A stretch of DNA of 64,000 bases from an uncultured Candidatus Saccharibacteria bacterium (GCA_964639285.1 CAZXCI010000004.1:5252-69251); one strand, 5' to 3'. Shown: positions 39,440-49,836, counted from the first letter of the stretch. The notes: generated by a model from the sequence alone, not told the origin. Numbers and translations are program-made.

Positions 39440-39655
39440 CTGATTAGCAAGTAACTGTTTTTCGTTGGCCTGTCTTTTGTGAGGGCTTCCCGTTAATACT
39501 AATCTCAAAACAACAAATTTTGCTTGTGAATTATCTTTTTCTTCTTCTGATAGGGCCATTCTTTCAAATGAATTCCAGTGGTAAAAATGAAACCCCCTAG
39601 GCAAGATCCTTGTCTAGGGGGTGCGAATTGAACAAAAAACAAAAGAGTATGGTGG

Positions 39656-40672
39656 CTAACGGCCAAGATTCAGTGACAAACGCCATTTATAATACTCTCT
39701 GGTGACATCCACTCTTCCTTTCTTTTCCCCTCTCCAAGGGAAATAAGCAAATCTTGCTTTATAGGAATAGGTTTTGCCGACTTTCGGATTTCTAACGATA
39801 TACTGCCAATCCCAGGCTGGTCGGTGGGTGTTCCCGCTGAAATTGAATAATGCAAATCGTATTGGGAGGCATTGATTAAACATCATTAGGTAGCACATCG
39901 TGTCTCCTGTCGTTGAGAAATCTCCGTCGCCATCTACTAGGCCATAGTAGAATGGGGTATAGAATTTTCGTCCCTCATAATCATCTGAGAAGTTGTGAAC
40001 GGAGAAGTCAGGGTCCCATGGGTCGAACTCGAGTTCCTTTGTCCCAATTGAAGGTATTATCCCCTGATCGATCATTTCTTCTCCTCCTGGTGTTAGGCCG
40101 TTGCTATCTCCATAGCTACACCATCCCCATTGGTTATTGCTTGGGTCTCGACCCCAGAAGTAAATTCTTCGATCGATGGCAGCATCTACGTAACTTGCCC
40201 ACATGAAGCCAAGCCAGCCCTTAGTCCAAACATTCACCGTCGGTTTAGCTTGGAAGATCATGTCTAGGAAGTAGCTACTTAGGTGAAAACTCATCGAGCA
40301 CTCAACTCCCCAGGTTGATCCAATACTTGGCCAATAGAGTGTCCCTTTGTTTGGAGAAGAACTTGAGATAAAGCAGGGGTCTGTTTCCGGAGTAAATAGT
40401 TGACGCCAGCCATCATCTTTGTCTCCATTGAAGACATGCTCGAAGTAGCATCCCGCTTGCCAAAAAAGGTTTCTGTTCTCGAAAGACTTATCTTCCAGAT
40501 AACGAAACCCGTTGGTCCCTTCTCCCCCCACCAAAAAGGGGTTGTTACCAAATAGTTCTCCCAGGAAAATTGGTGTCTCCATAACAATACTTGGGTCTTC
40601 AAGCTCCTGACTTTGGCCTAGTGGAGAAACAATTGAGAGCACCACCACCAAGAACAATTTTGACAGCTTCAT
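39656..40672 (-). CDS. secreted Trp-rich hypothetical protein
   Basis: Signal peptide MKLSKLFLVVVLSIVSPLGQSQE; no known domain. Confidence 0.45.
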   Translation of the reverse strand: MKLSKLFLVVVLSIVSPLGQSQELEDPSIVMETPIFLGELFGNNPFLVGGEGTNGFRYLEDKSFENRNLFWQAGCYFEHVFNGDKDDGWRQLFTPETDPCFISSSSPNKGTLYWPSIGSTWGVECSMSFHLSSYFLDMIFQAKPTVNVWTKGWLGFMWASYVDAAIDRRIYFWGRDPSNNQWGWCSYGDSNGLTPGGEEMIDQGIIPSIGTKELEFDPWDPDFSVHNFSDDYEGRKFYTPFYYGLVDGDGDFSTTGDTMCYLMMFNQCLPIRFALFNFSGNTHRPAWDWQYIVRNPKVGKTYSYKARFAYFPWRGEKKGRVDVTREYYKWRLSLNLGR

Positions 40673-40841
40673 TTTTTCCTTCCTTTCTTAGTTGTTCAGT
40701 AGATTGAATTACAAATAACACTTCTAACTCTGTCTCTAGGGTAAAACTTTTACAGCATAATGTCAATTTATTTCACTATCCCCAGATTTCTTCAGTTTCT
40801 CCGACATTTTTTCTTTTTTCTTGGTATAATAAGGATGCCGT

Positions 40842-43800
40842 ATGTTGACCGTCCTGTCTAAGAAAGACATCAAGATCTTTGAGTGCCTTTTAGGTAGTCT
40901 GGTTTTTCTCGTTTTATTTTTCCCGCTAGTTTCCTCAGCTGTATTTACTAAACAAATCAATTACCAAGGCAAATTAACGGATGCCAGCGGGGTGGCTGTA
41001 GCTGATGGCAATTACAGTATCGAATTTAAGCTCTATGCCGCATCCTCTGGTGGTTCAGCTCTCTGGACAGAGACACAGACGGTGTCTGTCACCGGGGGGC
41101 TTTTCTCCACTATGCTGGGTTCGGTCACTTCGCTTGATGCTTTTGATTTTAATCAGGCCCTCTACTTAACTCTTAATGTCGAGGGCGATGGTGAGATGAC
41201 TCCGCGTAAGACCATTGGTTCAGTTCCCAATGCCTTTAACGCTGAAAAATTCGATGGTCTAGCCACCACATCGTTTGCTGTACTTAGTGCCGATAATATT
41301 TTCACGGGCCTGAATACTTTTTCGGCGACCACAACTTTGGCAACAACTACTTTAGCTTATGATACTTGGATTGGTAGTAACCTAACAAACAAGAGTATTC
41401 AGTTTTCGGACTACCTTTTTTCAAATGGAAGCTTTCTTGATGGCAGTAGTGTGAATCTTATAAAATCATTGAATGATTCTGGGTACTCATTGATTGCTGA
41501 GGATACCGTGGCGGCTTTGTCAATCGGTAATATTAATCCAGCTTTTTATTGGCTCAGTGATAGCTCTTCTGATTATGCCTATGCTCAGTTCGCCACCTCA
41601 ACAGGAATCTTGACTCTTGCCGGGGCCGACAGCTATTTGCTTGACGATAAAGTAGAGATTTCTGGGGGAGACCCTACTCTTGTCTCCGAGTTGACAACTT
41701 TACCCTATTCGGCAACAGGAGGGCATTCGGTTGAAATGAAAATTGTCGGTAATTATCTGTATATGAGTTTTGCTATTGATGGGGCCGGTAACCAATTTAG
41801 GATCTTAGACATCTCTGATCCGGCCAACCCGGAGATATTGGGGGGGGCAGACCTCTCTCTTCCCGGTCAGGCGAGAGGCTTGGATGTTGTCGGAAGATAC
41901 GCTTATGTCGGCTTTGAAGCCAGCGTCTTCCCCGGGGATGATGTCTTCAGAATAATAGACATCTCTGACCCAACTAACCCGGTTGTTGTTGGGGGAGAAG
42001 CTTTGACTTTTGATAACAGCGTAAGGTCTATCAAAGTCGTCGGAAAATACGCTTATCTAGGTATCTATCAATTTAATGGGACTCTCAATAAAAGCTTAGA
42101 CATTATCGATATCTCTGACCCCTATAATCCTCGGAAGGTTAGCCCGACGACAATCAGTGGCTTAACTGCAGAAGTTAGGTCTCTTGATGTCGTTGGCAAG
42201 TACGCTTATCTCGTGTCGTACTTTGATGACGACCTTCCAGGTTCAGAAAGCACAAACATTATGAGAATCGTAGATATCTCTAACCCAAGTAGTCCTGTTG
42301 TGGTTGGCGGATCATCTCTAACTTTACCTAATTACGCTAGGCAAATTGAAGTTGTCGGGCGCTATGCTTATGTAACTTTTGATGCTTTTGGCCCCCCCAT
42401 CGATAATGGTTTGCTTACTAGTCAATTTTTTAGAATAATAGATATCTCTGATCCAACCAGTCCAGTAGTAGTGGGAGGTGAGTCACTCCCCTTTGCAAAT
42501 GAATTTGAACCAAATGGGGGTATGAAGATGATGTTCATCGCGGATAACCTGGTCTATTCGGTGGGAAACAGTGAGACTAACAATGACACCTTTTATGTTA
42601 TTGATGTAGAAGAAGCTGATAATCCAAGTCTTTTGAAATCATTTAACACGGATTCAGGCGGTTCATCTGTTGGCATCTGGGGGATAGCTGTTTCTGGTAA
42701 TTATGTCTATCTCGGGCTTTCCGCGAATACTACCAATGTTGACACTCAGGTTGGCTTAAGGGTTATGGATCTAAGAGGGCTAGAAACAGGCTCAGCTAAT
42801 ATTAATTCTCTCAAAGTCGGTTCCTTAAATGTCTCTTCTGATCTAATTATTGGTGGAGATATCCAAGCCAATGGCTTAAGTACCGGTGTCGGGGGGATTG
42901 AGACAGATGGGATTCTGAGTATAAATGGTACCACTACCGCTAGTTATTTCGGTGGCTCTCTCGGTGTTGGTACCACTAGCCCAATATCTAAGTTATCGGT
43001 TGTAGGGACTACAACTTTATCCGTTGACAGCACCTATTGGCAGACATCCAAGTTCTTTATGAATGGCTATGGCGATATCCCTCTTCTTCTCGCACATGGT
43101 GCAAGCACTACTGACCCGACAACAACATATGATTTCGGGGCGATTAGCAATGGACTATATCTTGTCAACAATGACGGAGCCGACAACTTGCCTCTAACTT
43201 TTTTTCAAGTTGATGCGGCTGGCGATGCGGTCAGCGGGGGGTCATTAGTCTTTGATTTTGGTAGTAGTTACTTCACTTCCGATGCCAATTTTAACCCGAG
43301 CGACAACAATACTCTTGATTTGGGCTCTCCTGACTTGAGCTGGCGGGGTATTTATGCGAGCACAAGTATCAGTCTTGGCTCGCTTGATACCAATGGCCCT
43401 GTTTATTCTAATAATGGGTCTTTGACCAACGTCAATCCCTCTTCGCGGGATTATAAGGACAATATCACTGATGCCACCCTTAATATTGACGCTCTACTTG
43501 GCTTGCAGATAAAATCTTTTGTTTGGAAGACCAATGGTCAGAACGACTTCGGTTTGATCGCTGAAGAAATCAGAGATGTCTTGCCTGAACTCTATGTGGA
43601 TGATGGGGTAACCAAGGGTTATCGTTCTGGTCAATTACCATTCTATCTTCTTCAGATTGCTCAACGTCAAGAACAGAAGATTGCCGAGCTTGATACTCGA
43701 ATTGCTTCAGGCACAGTGGCGGTCGCCACCAGTAGTACCGAAACTCTCAATCTTCAGGCTATTCAATCGATTTCTGGCAATTGGAGTATCTCGGAAGACG

Positions 43801-44183
43801 GGACGCTTATTGCTAAGAATATCAAGGCCGAGAACGCTATTATCGAAAATGGCGTAACGGTCCGTGACCGAGCGACGGGAGATTATTCCTGCATCTTTGT
43901 TGAGGGTGGGACGGTTAAGACAAGTTCTGGCGAATGTCAGCCTGGAGTCTCGTCGATTCTTCCTTCGAGCGGAGGAGGAATCTCGTCTGGCGAAGAAGAG
44001 AGCGAGCCTGTTGCTACTAGCACAGAGGATGAAGTCGTCGCGACAACGACAGAACCTGTGGCAGCAGAACCAGATCCTGCCCCTGATGATTTGCCCTCTT
44101 CTGGCCCTGAAGAGGAGGCTCCTGCGCCCGATCCTGCTCCTCCAGTGGTAATTCCTGAAGAGACTTCTTCTCCAGCTGAGTAA
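40842..44183 (+). CDS. large surface protein: LVIVD beta-propeller repeats plus C-terminal phage tail-fibre intramolecular chaperone (peptidase S74) domain and Pro/acidic tail
   Basis: N-terminal TM/signal. Six repeats of R[IV]IDISDP.NP.VVGG with GxYAY motifs (LVIVD). The SSRDYKDNI...DALLGLQIKSF.WK...FGLIAEE...VLPELV....RSGQLPFYLLQIAQRQEQKIAELDTRIA block matches the S74 chaperone signature. TGnTATAAT promoter at ~40823. Confidence 0.6.
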   Translation: MLTVLSKKDIKIFECLLGSLVFLVLFFPLVSSAVFTKQINYQGKLTDASGVAVADGNYSIEFKLYAASSGGSALWTETQTVSVTGGLFSTMLGSVTSLDAFDFNQALYLTLNVEGDGEMTPRKTIGSVPNAFNAEKFDGLATTSFAVLSADNIFTGLNTFSATTTLATTTLAYDTWIGSNLTNKSIQFSDYLFSNGSFLDGSSVNLIKSLNDSGYSLIAEDTVAALSIGNINPAFYWLSDSSSDYAYAQFATSTGILTLAGADSYLLDDKVEISGGDPTLVSELTTLPYSATGGHSVEMKIVGNYLYMSFAIDGAGNQFRILDISDPANPEILGGADLSLPGQARGLDVVGRYAYVGFEASVFPGDDVFRIIDISDPTNPVVVGGEALTFDNSVRSIKVVGKYAYLGIYQFNGTLNKSLDIIDISDPYNPRKVSPTTISGLTAEVRSLDVVGKYAYLVSYFDDDLPGSESTNIMRIVDISNPSSPVVVGGSSLTLPNYARQIEVVGRYAYVTFDAFGPPIDNGLLTSQFFRIIDISDPTSPVVVGGESLPFANEFEPNGGMKMMFIADNLVYSVGNSETNNDTFYVIDVEEADNPSLLKSFNTDSGGSSVGIWGIAVSGNYVYLGLSANTTNVDTQVGLRVMDLRGLETGSANINSLKVGSLNVSSDLIIGGDIQANGLSTGVGGIETDGILSINGTTTASYFGGSLGVGTTSPISKLSVVGTTTLSVDSTYWQTSKFFMNGYGDIPLLLAHGASTTDPTTTYDFGAISNGLYLVNNDGADNLPLTFFQVDAAGDAVSGGSLVFDFGSSYFTSDANFNPSDNNTLDLGSPDLSWRGIYASTSISLGSLDTNGPVYSNNGSLTNVNPSSRDYKDNITDATLNIDALLGLQIKSFVWKTNGQNDFGLIAEEIRDVLPELYVDDGVTKGYRSGQLPFYLLQIAQRQEQKIAELDTRIASGTVAVATSSTETLNLQAIQSISGNWSISEDGTLIAKNIKAENAIIENGVTVRDRATGDYSCIFVEGGTVKTSSGECQPGVSSILPSSGGGISSGEEESEPVATSTEDEVVATTTEPVAAEPDPAPDDLPSSGPEEEAPAPDPAPPVVIPEETSSPAE

Positions 44184-44198
44184 AATTAAGTTATCAAC

Positions 44199-44224
44199 AG
44201 TTTATAAGAGTTCTTGTAGAACTC
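44199..44224 (+). terminator. rho-independent terminator
   Basis: AAGAGTTCTtgtAGAACTCTTTTT, a perfect 9-bp stem plus T-run. Confidence 0.7.
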
Positions 44225-44292
44225 TTTTTGGTTTAGAATAGGAATAGTTTTATCAGTTTTTATTATAAATTAGTAACTTTTTTGTAAAAAAA

Positions 44293-46650
44293 ATGGTCAA
44301 AAAACAGAAAATTGCGCGAAAAACAGTAAAAAAGGTCAAAAGCGAGAAGAAAAAAATTCTGGTGGTTAGAAATATTCAGAAACGCGATGGGGCGAAGGTC
44401 GCTTATGACGAACAGAAGATCGCGAACGCAATTTTCAAGGCCATGAGAGCGGCGGGTGAGGGAACTTTGGCTGACGCCATGAAAGTGGCTGGCTCTGTCC
44501 AGGCCGAGCTAGTTAAGATCTGTCTAGCTAAAGGAGCGAAGACTAGTGCCGATTGCGTCCCGGTCGTCGAGGATATCCAGGACGTGGTGGAGAGACAATT
44601 AATTTTCCATAAATTTGCAGTAACCGCGAAGAGTTATATTCTCTATCGTGAGAAGAGAACGGAATTGCGTCGCGAACGAGGAGAGGTCCCTGCTCGTGTT
44701 CGTGAGTTAGCGACTGAGAGTAAAAAATATTTTCAAAATGAACTTTCCGAATTTGTTTATTATCGTTCTTATTCGCGTTGGATTGACGAGGAGAATCGTC
44801 GTGAGACTTGGGTTGAGTCGGTCGACCGCTATCTTTCTTTTATGAAAGAAAATTTGGGTAATAAGCTCAAAGAGTCAGAATACGCTGAACTTCGTGAAGG
44901 AATGTTGGCTCAGAAGGCAATGCCTTCGATGCGTCTTATGTGGAGTGCCGGGCCAGCTGCTCGTCGGACCAATGCCACTGCTTATAATTGTTCTTATATT
45001 GCTCCGACCACCTTTCAGGATTTAGCGGAGATTATGTACCTCTCTATGTCTGGTTGTGGTGTTGGCTATTCCGTTGAGAGTCAGACAGCTCAGCAATTCC
45101 CCATAATTCAAAGGCAGACAGGCAAGACCAGAAGGACCCATATTGTTGTTGATAGTCGTGAGGGTTGGTGCGATGCCCTTGTGGTAGGGCTCAAAACTTG
45201 GTTCGCAGGGGAAGATATTGAATTTGATTATTCACAATTGCGTCCAGCTGGCGCTCGCCTTAAGACGATGGGAGGCCGTTCGTCTGGCCCTGAACCACTC
45301 GTTTCTCTTATGGTTTTCACTCGAGCGAAAGTTTTAACGAGACAAGGCAAGCGTTTGCGCAATATTGATGTCCATGACATTATTTGCAAAATCGGAGAAG
45401 TTGTTGTCTCCGGCGGAGTTCGACGGACAGCGATGATCTCTCTTTCTGATCTTGATGATACCGAGATTCGCCATTCGAAGGAAGGACAATTCTATATGAC
45501 CGAACCACAACGCAGTTTATCTAATAATTCAGCGGTCTACAACGAGAAGCCGACGAGTGCTGAATTCTTAGAAGAGTGGATTGCCTTAATGCGAAGTGGT
45601 TCAGGTGAACGGGGTATTTTCAATCGTGGATCACTTGAAAAACAATTACCGAAGCGTCGCTGGGAACGTTTTGAAAAAGATGCGGCAACTTGCGGAATGA
45701 ATCCTTGCGGAGAGATTGTCCTCAAGTCTAAACAATTTTGTAATCTGACAGAGGTTGTCGCCCGTGCTGGCGATACGATTGAGGATCTCTTGGCAAAGGC
45801 AAGAATCGCCGCTATCCTCGGTACCTATCAGGCTAGTCTAACCAATTTTACTTATCTTTCTGACGACTGGAAGGAGAATTGCGAAGAAGAGGCCCTCCTT
45901 GGTGTCTCGGTGACAGGTCAATGGGATTGCAAGACTGTCCGTGATCCAGAGGTCATGCAGAAGATTAGAGATGAGGTCGTCAAGACAAATCGAGAATATG
46001 CCAAGCGTTTCGGTATCAATCGAGCTTCGGCCGTAACTTGCGTGAAGCCATCAGGGACCGTCTCTCAACTCGTTGATTCCTCTTCAGGGATGCACCCAAG
46101 ACATGCCCGTTATTATATTCGTCGTATTCGTATCTCGGCTACCGATGCCCTCTTCAAGATGATGAAGGATCAGGGTTGTCCTTATTACCCAGAGGTCGGT
46201 CAGAACATGGACTCGGCCAACACCTATGTTTTTGAATTTCCGGTTAAAGCGCCAGAAAATTCTATTTACAAGGACGACCAGAGCGCAATTGAGCAACTTG
46301 ATTATTGGAAGATGGTTAAGGAAAATTACACTGAGCATAACCCATCTGTCACTATTTCTATTGGTCCCGATGAGTGGATTGAGGTAGCCAATTGGCTTTA
46401 TAAAAATTGGGATATTATTGGGGGGCTCTCTTTTCTTCCTCGCTCTGAACATGTCTATAAGTTGGCACCTTACGAGGAGATTAGCAAGGAGCGTTATGAT
46501 TCTCTGAAGAAAAACTTTCCTAATCTTGATTTTTCCAAAATTGTTTTATATGAGGAGAGTGACCAAACTCAAGGTTCTAAGGAGTTAGCTTGTTCGTCTG
46601 GAGTTTGTGAGATAGACATGGCGCCAACAAGTGAAGAAGAGAAGAAATAA
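44293..46650 (+). CDS. nrdJ: class II (adenosylcobalamin-dependent) ribonucleotide reductase with N-terminal ATP-cone
   Basis: N-terminal ATP-cone (VVRNIQKRDGAKVAYDEQKIANAI); NPCGEI active-site motif; 785 aa monomeric type. Confidence 0.75.
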   Translation: MVKKQKIARKTVKKVKSEKKKILVVRNIQKRDGAKVAYDEQKIANAIFKAMRAAGEGTLADAMKVAGSVQAELVKICLAKGAKTSADCVPVVEDIQDVVERQLIFHKFAVTAKSYILYREKRTELRRERGEVPARVRELATESKKYFQNELSEFVYYRSYSRWIDEENRRETWVESVDRYLSFMKENLGNKLKESEYAELREGMLAQKAMPSMRLMWSAGPAARRTNATAYNCSYIAPTTFQDLAEIMYLSMSGCGVGYSVESQTAQQFPIIQRQTGKTRRTHIVVDSREGWCDALVVGLKTWFAGEDIEFDYSQLRPAGARLKTMGGRSSGPEPLVSLMVFTRAKVLTRQGKRLRNIDVHDIICKIGEVVVSGGVRRTAMISLSDLDDTEIRHSKEGQFYMTEPQRSLSNNSAVYNEKPTSAEFLEEWIALMRSGSGERGIFNRGSLEKQLPKRRWERFEKDAATCGMNPCGEIVLKSKQFCNLTEVVARAGDTIEDLLAKARIAAILGTYQASLTNFTYLSDDWKENCEEEALLGVSVTGQWDCKTVRDPEVMQKIRDEVVKTNREYAKRFGINRASAVTCVKPSGTVSQLVDSSSGMHPRHARYYIRRIRISATDALFKMMKDQGCPYYPEVGQNMDSANTYVFEFPVKAPENSIYKDDQSAIEQLDYWKMVKENYTEHNPSVTISIGPDEWIEVANWLYKNWDIIGGLSFLPRSEHVYKLAPYEEISKERYDSLKKNFPNLDFSKIVLYEESDQTQGSKELACSSGVCEIDMAPTSEEEKK

Positions 46651-46661
46651 AGGATAAAAGC

Positions 46662-46688
46662 AAAAAATCCCCTTCTAGGGGATTTTTT
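46662..46688. terminator. bidirectional terminator shared by nrdJ (+) and rnpB (-)
   Basis: AAAAAATCCCCttctaGGGGATTTTTT. Confidence 0.7.
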
Positions 46689-46689
46689 G

Positions 46690-47100
46690 CTGATCTGCTG
46701 TCTATAAGCCGAATTCTGTTATCGACAATTATTTATCTGGGATCAACATTGCTGTTGGCCTCTAGCGGCACTTCCCTCGATTTCTCTCGGGACACGGCCT
46801 TGCACTCAGGTAAGGATTTAGCACGTTTCAACAAAACCTTCGGTTTTGTTGTCCCTCCGTAGCTCATTAGAGCGAAGGGGGACAACGGACCTTATAATTT
46901 TGACGCCCTGCTTCGCATAAAGCTTCGCAGGGCGGATGTTTCCTTTCGTCAACATCCGTTTCTGTTCGCACCTCGTGGCTTACGCCAGACGGGCGTTACC
47001 CGCTACCCTGCTACCCGCACCGAAGTGTGGGTGAGTGTTCGGACTTTCCTCCCTATACCGTACGGTACGGGGCAATTGCCCGACAGCAGATCAGGATGAT
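46690..47100 (-). ncRNA. rnpB: RNase P RNA (bacterial type A)
   Basis: Minus strand contains GGGAGGAAAGTCCGAAC (P4 consensus GAGGAAAGUCCGG), AGGGTAGCGGGTAACGCCCGTC (GGGUAACGCC) and ACAGAAACGGAT. P1 helix 46693-46703 (gatctgctgtc) pairs with 47086-47096 (gacagcagatc). GC-rich with no ORF. Confidence 0.8.
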
Positions 47101-47127
47101 TATAGCACAGAAATTGAGAAAAGGGAA

Positions 47128-47340
47128 TTAATCCGACAGCCTAGCCTTTTTTGTTTGAGAAGGCTTGGGTTTAGCCGTTTTTAGATGTTCTTGGATTTGA
47201 GAGATAGAGTAGAGGCGATAACCGTTTTGGGGGTCACGTTTTGATTTTAATTTGCCTTGTTTGTCCCAATTACGAAGGGTCTCAATTGACACTCCGGCAA
47301 TCTCAGCGGCTGATTTAATTGTGATGAAACCTTTTTCCAT
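47128..47340 (-). CDS. excisionase/MerR-family HTH DNA-binding protein
   Basis: ITIKSAAEIAGVSIETLRNWDKQGKL matches the excisionase-family HTH pattern; start at the internal MEKGF. Confidence 0.55.
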   Translation of the reverse strand: MEKGFITIKSAAEIAGVSIETLRNWDKQGKLKSKRDPQNGYRLYSISQIQEHLKTAKPKPSQTKKARLSD

Positions 47341-47403
47341 ATTAAAAATCCTGCTAGTATTATATAATACTAGCATTAATAGAAAAAATAAATACTAGGC
47401 TCT

Positions 47404-49830
47404 ATGGAAGAATCTTCTCACTCTAGGTCATTTTGGTCTTTTGACAATCTCGTGCTGTTTGTTTTGACGGCTGGTTTTCTTGCTTTACCAATTTTTACTC
47501 TACCTTTTTGGGGCACTTCTCTTGAAATTAGCAAGCATTTACTCATTGTTTTGACTGTTTTTGTGGCCTTTGTTCTTTGGTTGCTTGGTCGTCTACAGGC
47601 CGGGAAATTGGTTTTGCCAAAGAATTTAATTGTTGCCGGGGCCTTCCTTGTCTCTTTTTTCACTCTTTTGTCTGCCACCTTTTCGGGTTCTTTTTGGAAC
47701 TCTTTTTCTGGTCTTGGGTATGAAGTTGACACTTTTCTAACAATTTTTAGCTTATCTCTTCTCCTTTTCCTTTTTGGTATTTATTTTCAATCTAGGAAAC
47801 GCTTTCTCGCTGTTTATGTTGGGGTCTTTGTCGTAGCGGTTACCCTCTTTGCCCTAGAGCTTATTTCTCTTATTGTTCTTCGCACTAGTTGGTTTGGTTT
47901 TGCCCAACCATTCTTTTCTTTCTTGTCTAATAATCTCTTGACGAGTTTGGTGGGCAAATGGTATGACTTTGGGGTTTATTCTGGTTTTATCCTTCTTTCC
48001 TCCCTTGTGATGTTAGAATTCTTTTCTCTCAAGGAGATGCCAATTTTTAAGAGTTTTATCTCTGTTTGTTTTACCCTTTCCCTTTTTGTTTTAATTTTTA
48101 CTAATTATTTGCCTGTCTGGATAGTTTTAGGCATTGCTGCTTTGGTCCTCTTTGTATATAAGATTTCTTTTTGGGACAGAGGAAAAGATAAGGAAGAAGA
48201 TCGAGGATTAGGACAGGTCAATAAAGTCCTTCATCCGTCTTTTGTTGTTGTTTTGGTGGCCTTGTTTTTCATTACTCTTGGTGGGGCCGATAAATTGGGC
48301 CAGAATATTGGTCAAATTAGAGATCGTCTTGGTGTCCCGATCTTTGAGGTTCGGCCGTCTTGGCGAGGGACTTGGGGTCTTGCCTCAAAAACTTTGACCA
48401 AAGATCCTCTTTTGGGGGTTGGGCCGAATAACTTTGTAACCGAGTGGGTTAAGTCTAAGCCGTCTTCAGTTAACAACAGCTATTTTTGGAATATCGATTT
48501 TCGCTATGGAATAGGACTTATCCCTTCTCTTCTCGTGACCACTGGAATCCTTGGGGTCTTGGCTTGGCTCGCTTTCTTTGGGGCGATCCTCTGGTATGGT
48601 TTGCGTTTTATCTTTACCACCAAACAAGACAGGAGTACTCGGGCTTTACTCCTTCTCTCTTTTCTTGGCTCGGTTTATCTTTGGCTTTTCACTATTATCT
48701 ATGTCCCTGATACCGCGCTCTTGGCCTTAGCCTTTATGGTTACTGGTTTGTTCGTGGCGATTTTAACAGATACAAAGATTATTAAATATGGGGAGATTTC
48801 GCTTGTTGAGAACCCTCGTCATTCCTTCATCGCTACATTAATTTTTGTGGCTCTGATCATTGGAGCTATTACCGTCGGCTATCTATCTCTTCAGAAATAT
48901 GTTTCGGTTTACATCTTCCAACGAGGACTAGTTGCTCTACGCCAAGAGGGAGATCTCGATAAGGGTCGAATGTTGATAAATCAGGCGGCTAGTCTGAGTC
49001 GCCAAGATGTTTATTACCGAACTCTATCCGAGATTGATTTATCTCAAATTAGTCAATTATTATCCAACAAGAACTTATCGCAAGAGGAACTTCGAGCTCG
49101 TTTCTTAGCGCAAACCGATTCGGCAATTAAGAGTGCCATGAAAGCGACGACTATCAATGGTGATAATTACCTCAACTGGCTATCCCTTGGTCGAGTCTAT
49201 GAGACTCTTGTTCCTCTCGGCGTTGATAAGGCCTATGAGAGAGGCCAAGAAGCTTTTGGTAAGGCTAGAGCTCTGAAACCGGCCGATCCATCCATTCTCC
49301 TCAATTATTTTGCCCGTCTTGAGCTTAGTAATAAGAATCTGTCTAAGGCTCGTAGCTATGCGAACGAGTCTCTCATGGTAAAAAATGATTATGCTTCGGC
49401 AATTTCTCTCCTTTCTCAGCTTGATGTCCAAGAGGGGAATCTTGATGTCGCTGCCCGTCGATTAGAAGAGTTCTTGGCGAATTATCCCCAAACAAGAGAT
49501 GCTAATCCTTATTTCCAACTTGGTTTTTTGAAATATCAAAGGGAGAATTATTTGGGGGCTGTCCCGGCGCTAGAACGAGCTGTGGCTATTGTTCCTAATT
49601 TCTCTAATGCGAGATACTTCTTAGGTCTCAGTTATGATCGATTAGGGAGGAAAGCTGAAGCCCTAAAGCAGTTCCAAGAAATCGCCAAGTCTAATCCCGA
49701 CAATAAAGAAGTAGAGAAAATTATTGGTAATCTGTTGGCTGGCCGCCCGGCTCTCTCCGAAGGAGCGGGAGCGATGATTGGATCGAGCAAGGATTCTCTC
49801 AAGACCGAGATAAGCACTAAGGCTCAGTAG
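47404..49830 (+). CDS. O-antigen ligase/Wzy-like polytopic membrane protein with C-terminal TPR repeats
   Basis: ~12 TM helices over the N-terminal 480 aa, then TPR-like repeats (AYERGQEAFGKARALKP..., ARYFLGLSYDRLGRKAEALKQFQE). Confidence 0.55.
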   Translation: MEESSHSRSFWSFDNLVLFVLTAGFLALPIFTLPFWGTSLEISKHLLIVLTVFVAFVLWLLGRLQAGKLVLPKNLIVAGAFLVSFFTLLSATFSGSFWNSFSGLGYEVDTFLTIFSLSLLLFLFGIYFQSRKRFLAVYVGVFVVAVTLFALELISLIVLRTSWFGFAQPFFSFLSNNLLTSLVGKWYDFGVYSGFILLSSLVMLEFFSLKEMPIFKSFISVCFTLSLFVLIFTNYLPVWIVLGIAALVLFVYKISFWDRGKDKEEDRGLGQVNKVLHPSFVVVLVALFFITLGGADKLGQNIGQIRDRLGVPIFEVRPSWRGTWGLASKTLTKDPLLGVGPNNFVTEWVKSKPSSVNNSYFWNIDFRYGIGLIPSLLVTTGILGVLAWLAFFGAILWYGLRFIFTTKQDRSTRALLLLSFLGSVYLWLFTIIYVPDTALLALAFMVTGLFVAILTDTKIIKYGEISLVENPRHSFIATLIFVALIIGAITVGYLSLQKYVSVYIFQRGLVALRQEGDLDKGRMLINQAASLSRQDVYYRTLSEIDLSQISQLLSNKNLSQEELRARFLAQTDSAIKSAMKATTINGDNYLNWLSLGRVYETLVPLGVDKAYERGQEAFGKARALKPADPSILLNYFARLELSNKNLSKARSYANESLMVKNDYASAISLLSQLDVQEGNLDVAARRLEEFLANYPQTRDANPYFQLGFLKYQRENYLGAVPALERAVAIVPNFSNARYFLGLSYDRLGRKAEALKQFQEIAKSNPDNKEVEKIIGNLLAGRPALSEGAGAMIGSSKDSLKTEISTKAQ

Positions 49831-49836
49831 GAATAT

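Noticed and set aside
39413-39604. 63-aa minus ORF overlapping tRNA-Ser
   Set aside because: Overlaps a clear tRNA gene; spurious.
44184-44292. Possible cobalamin riboswitch upstream of nrdJ
   Set aside because: The spacer is only ~108 nt and AT-rich, with no B12-box-like GC-rich core; it contains only the upstream gene's terminator.
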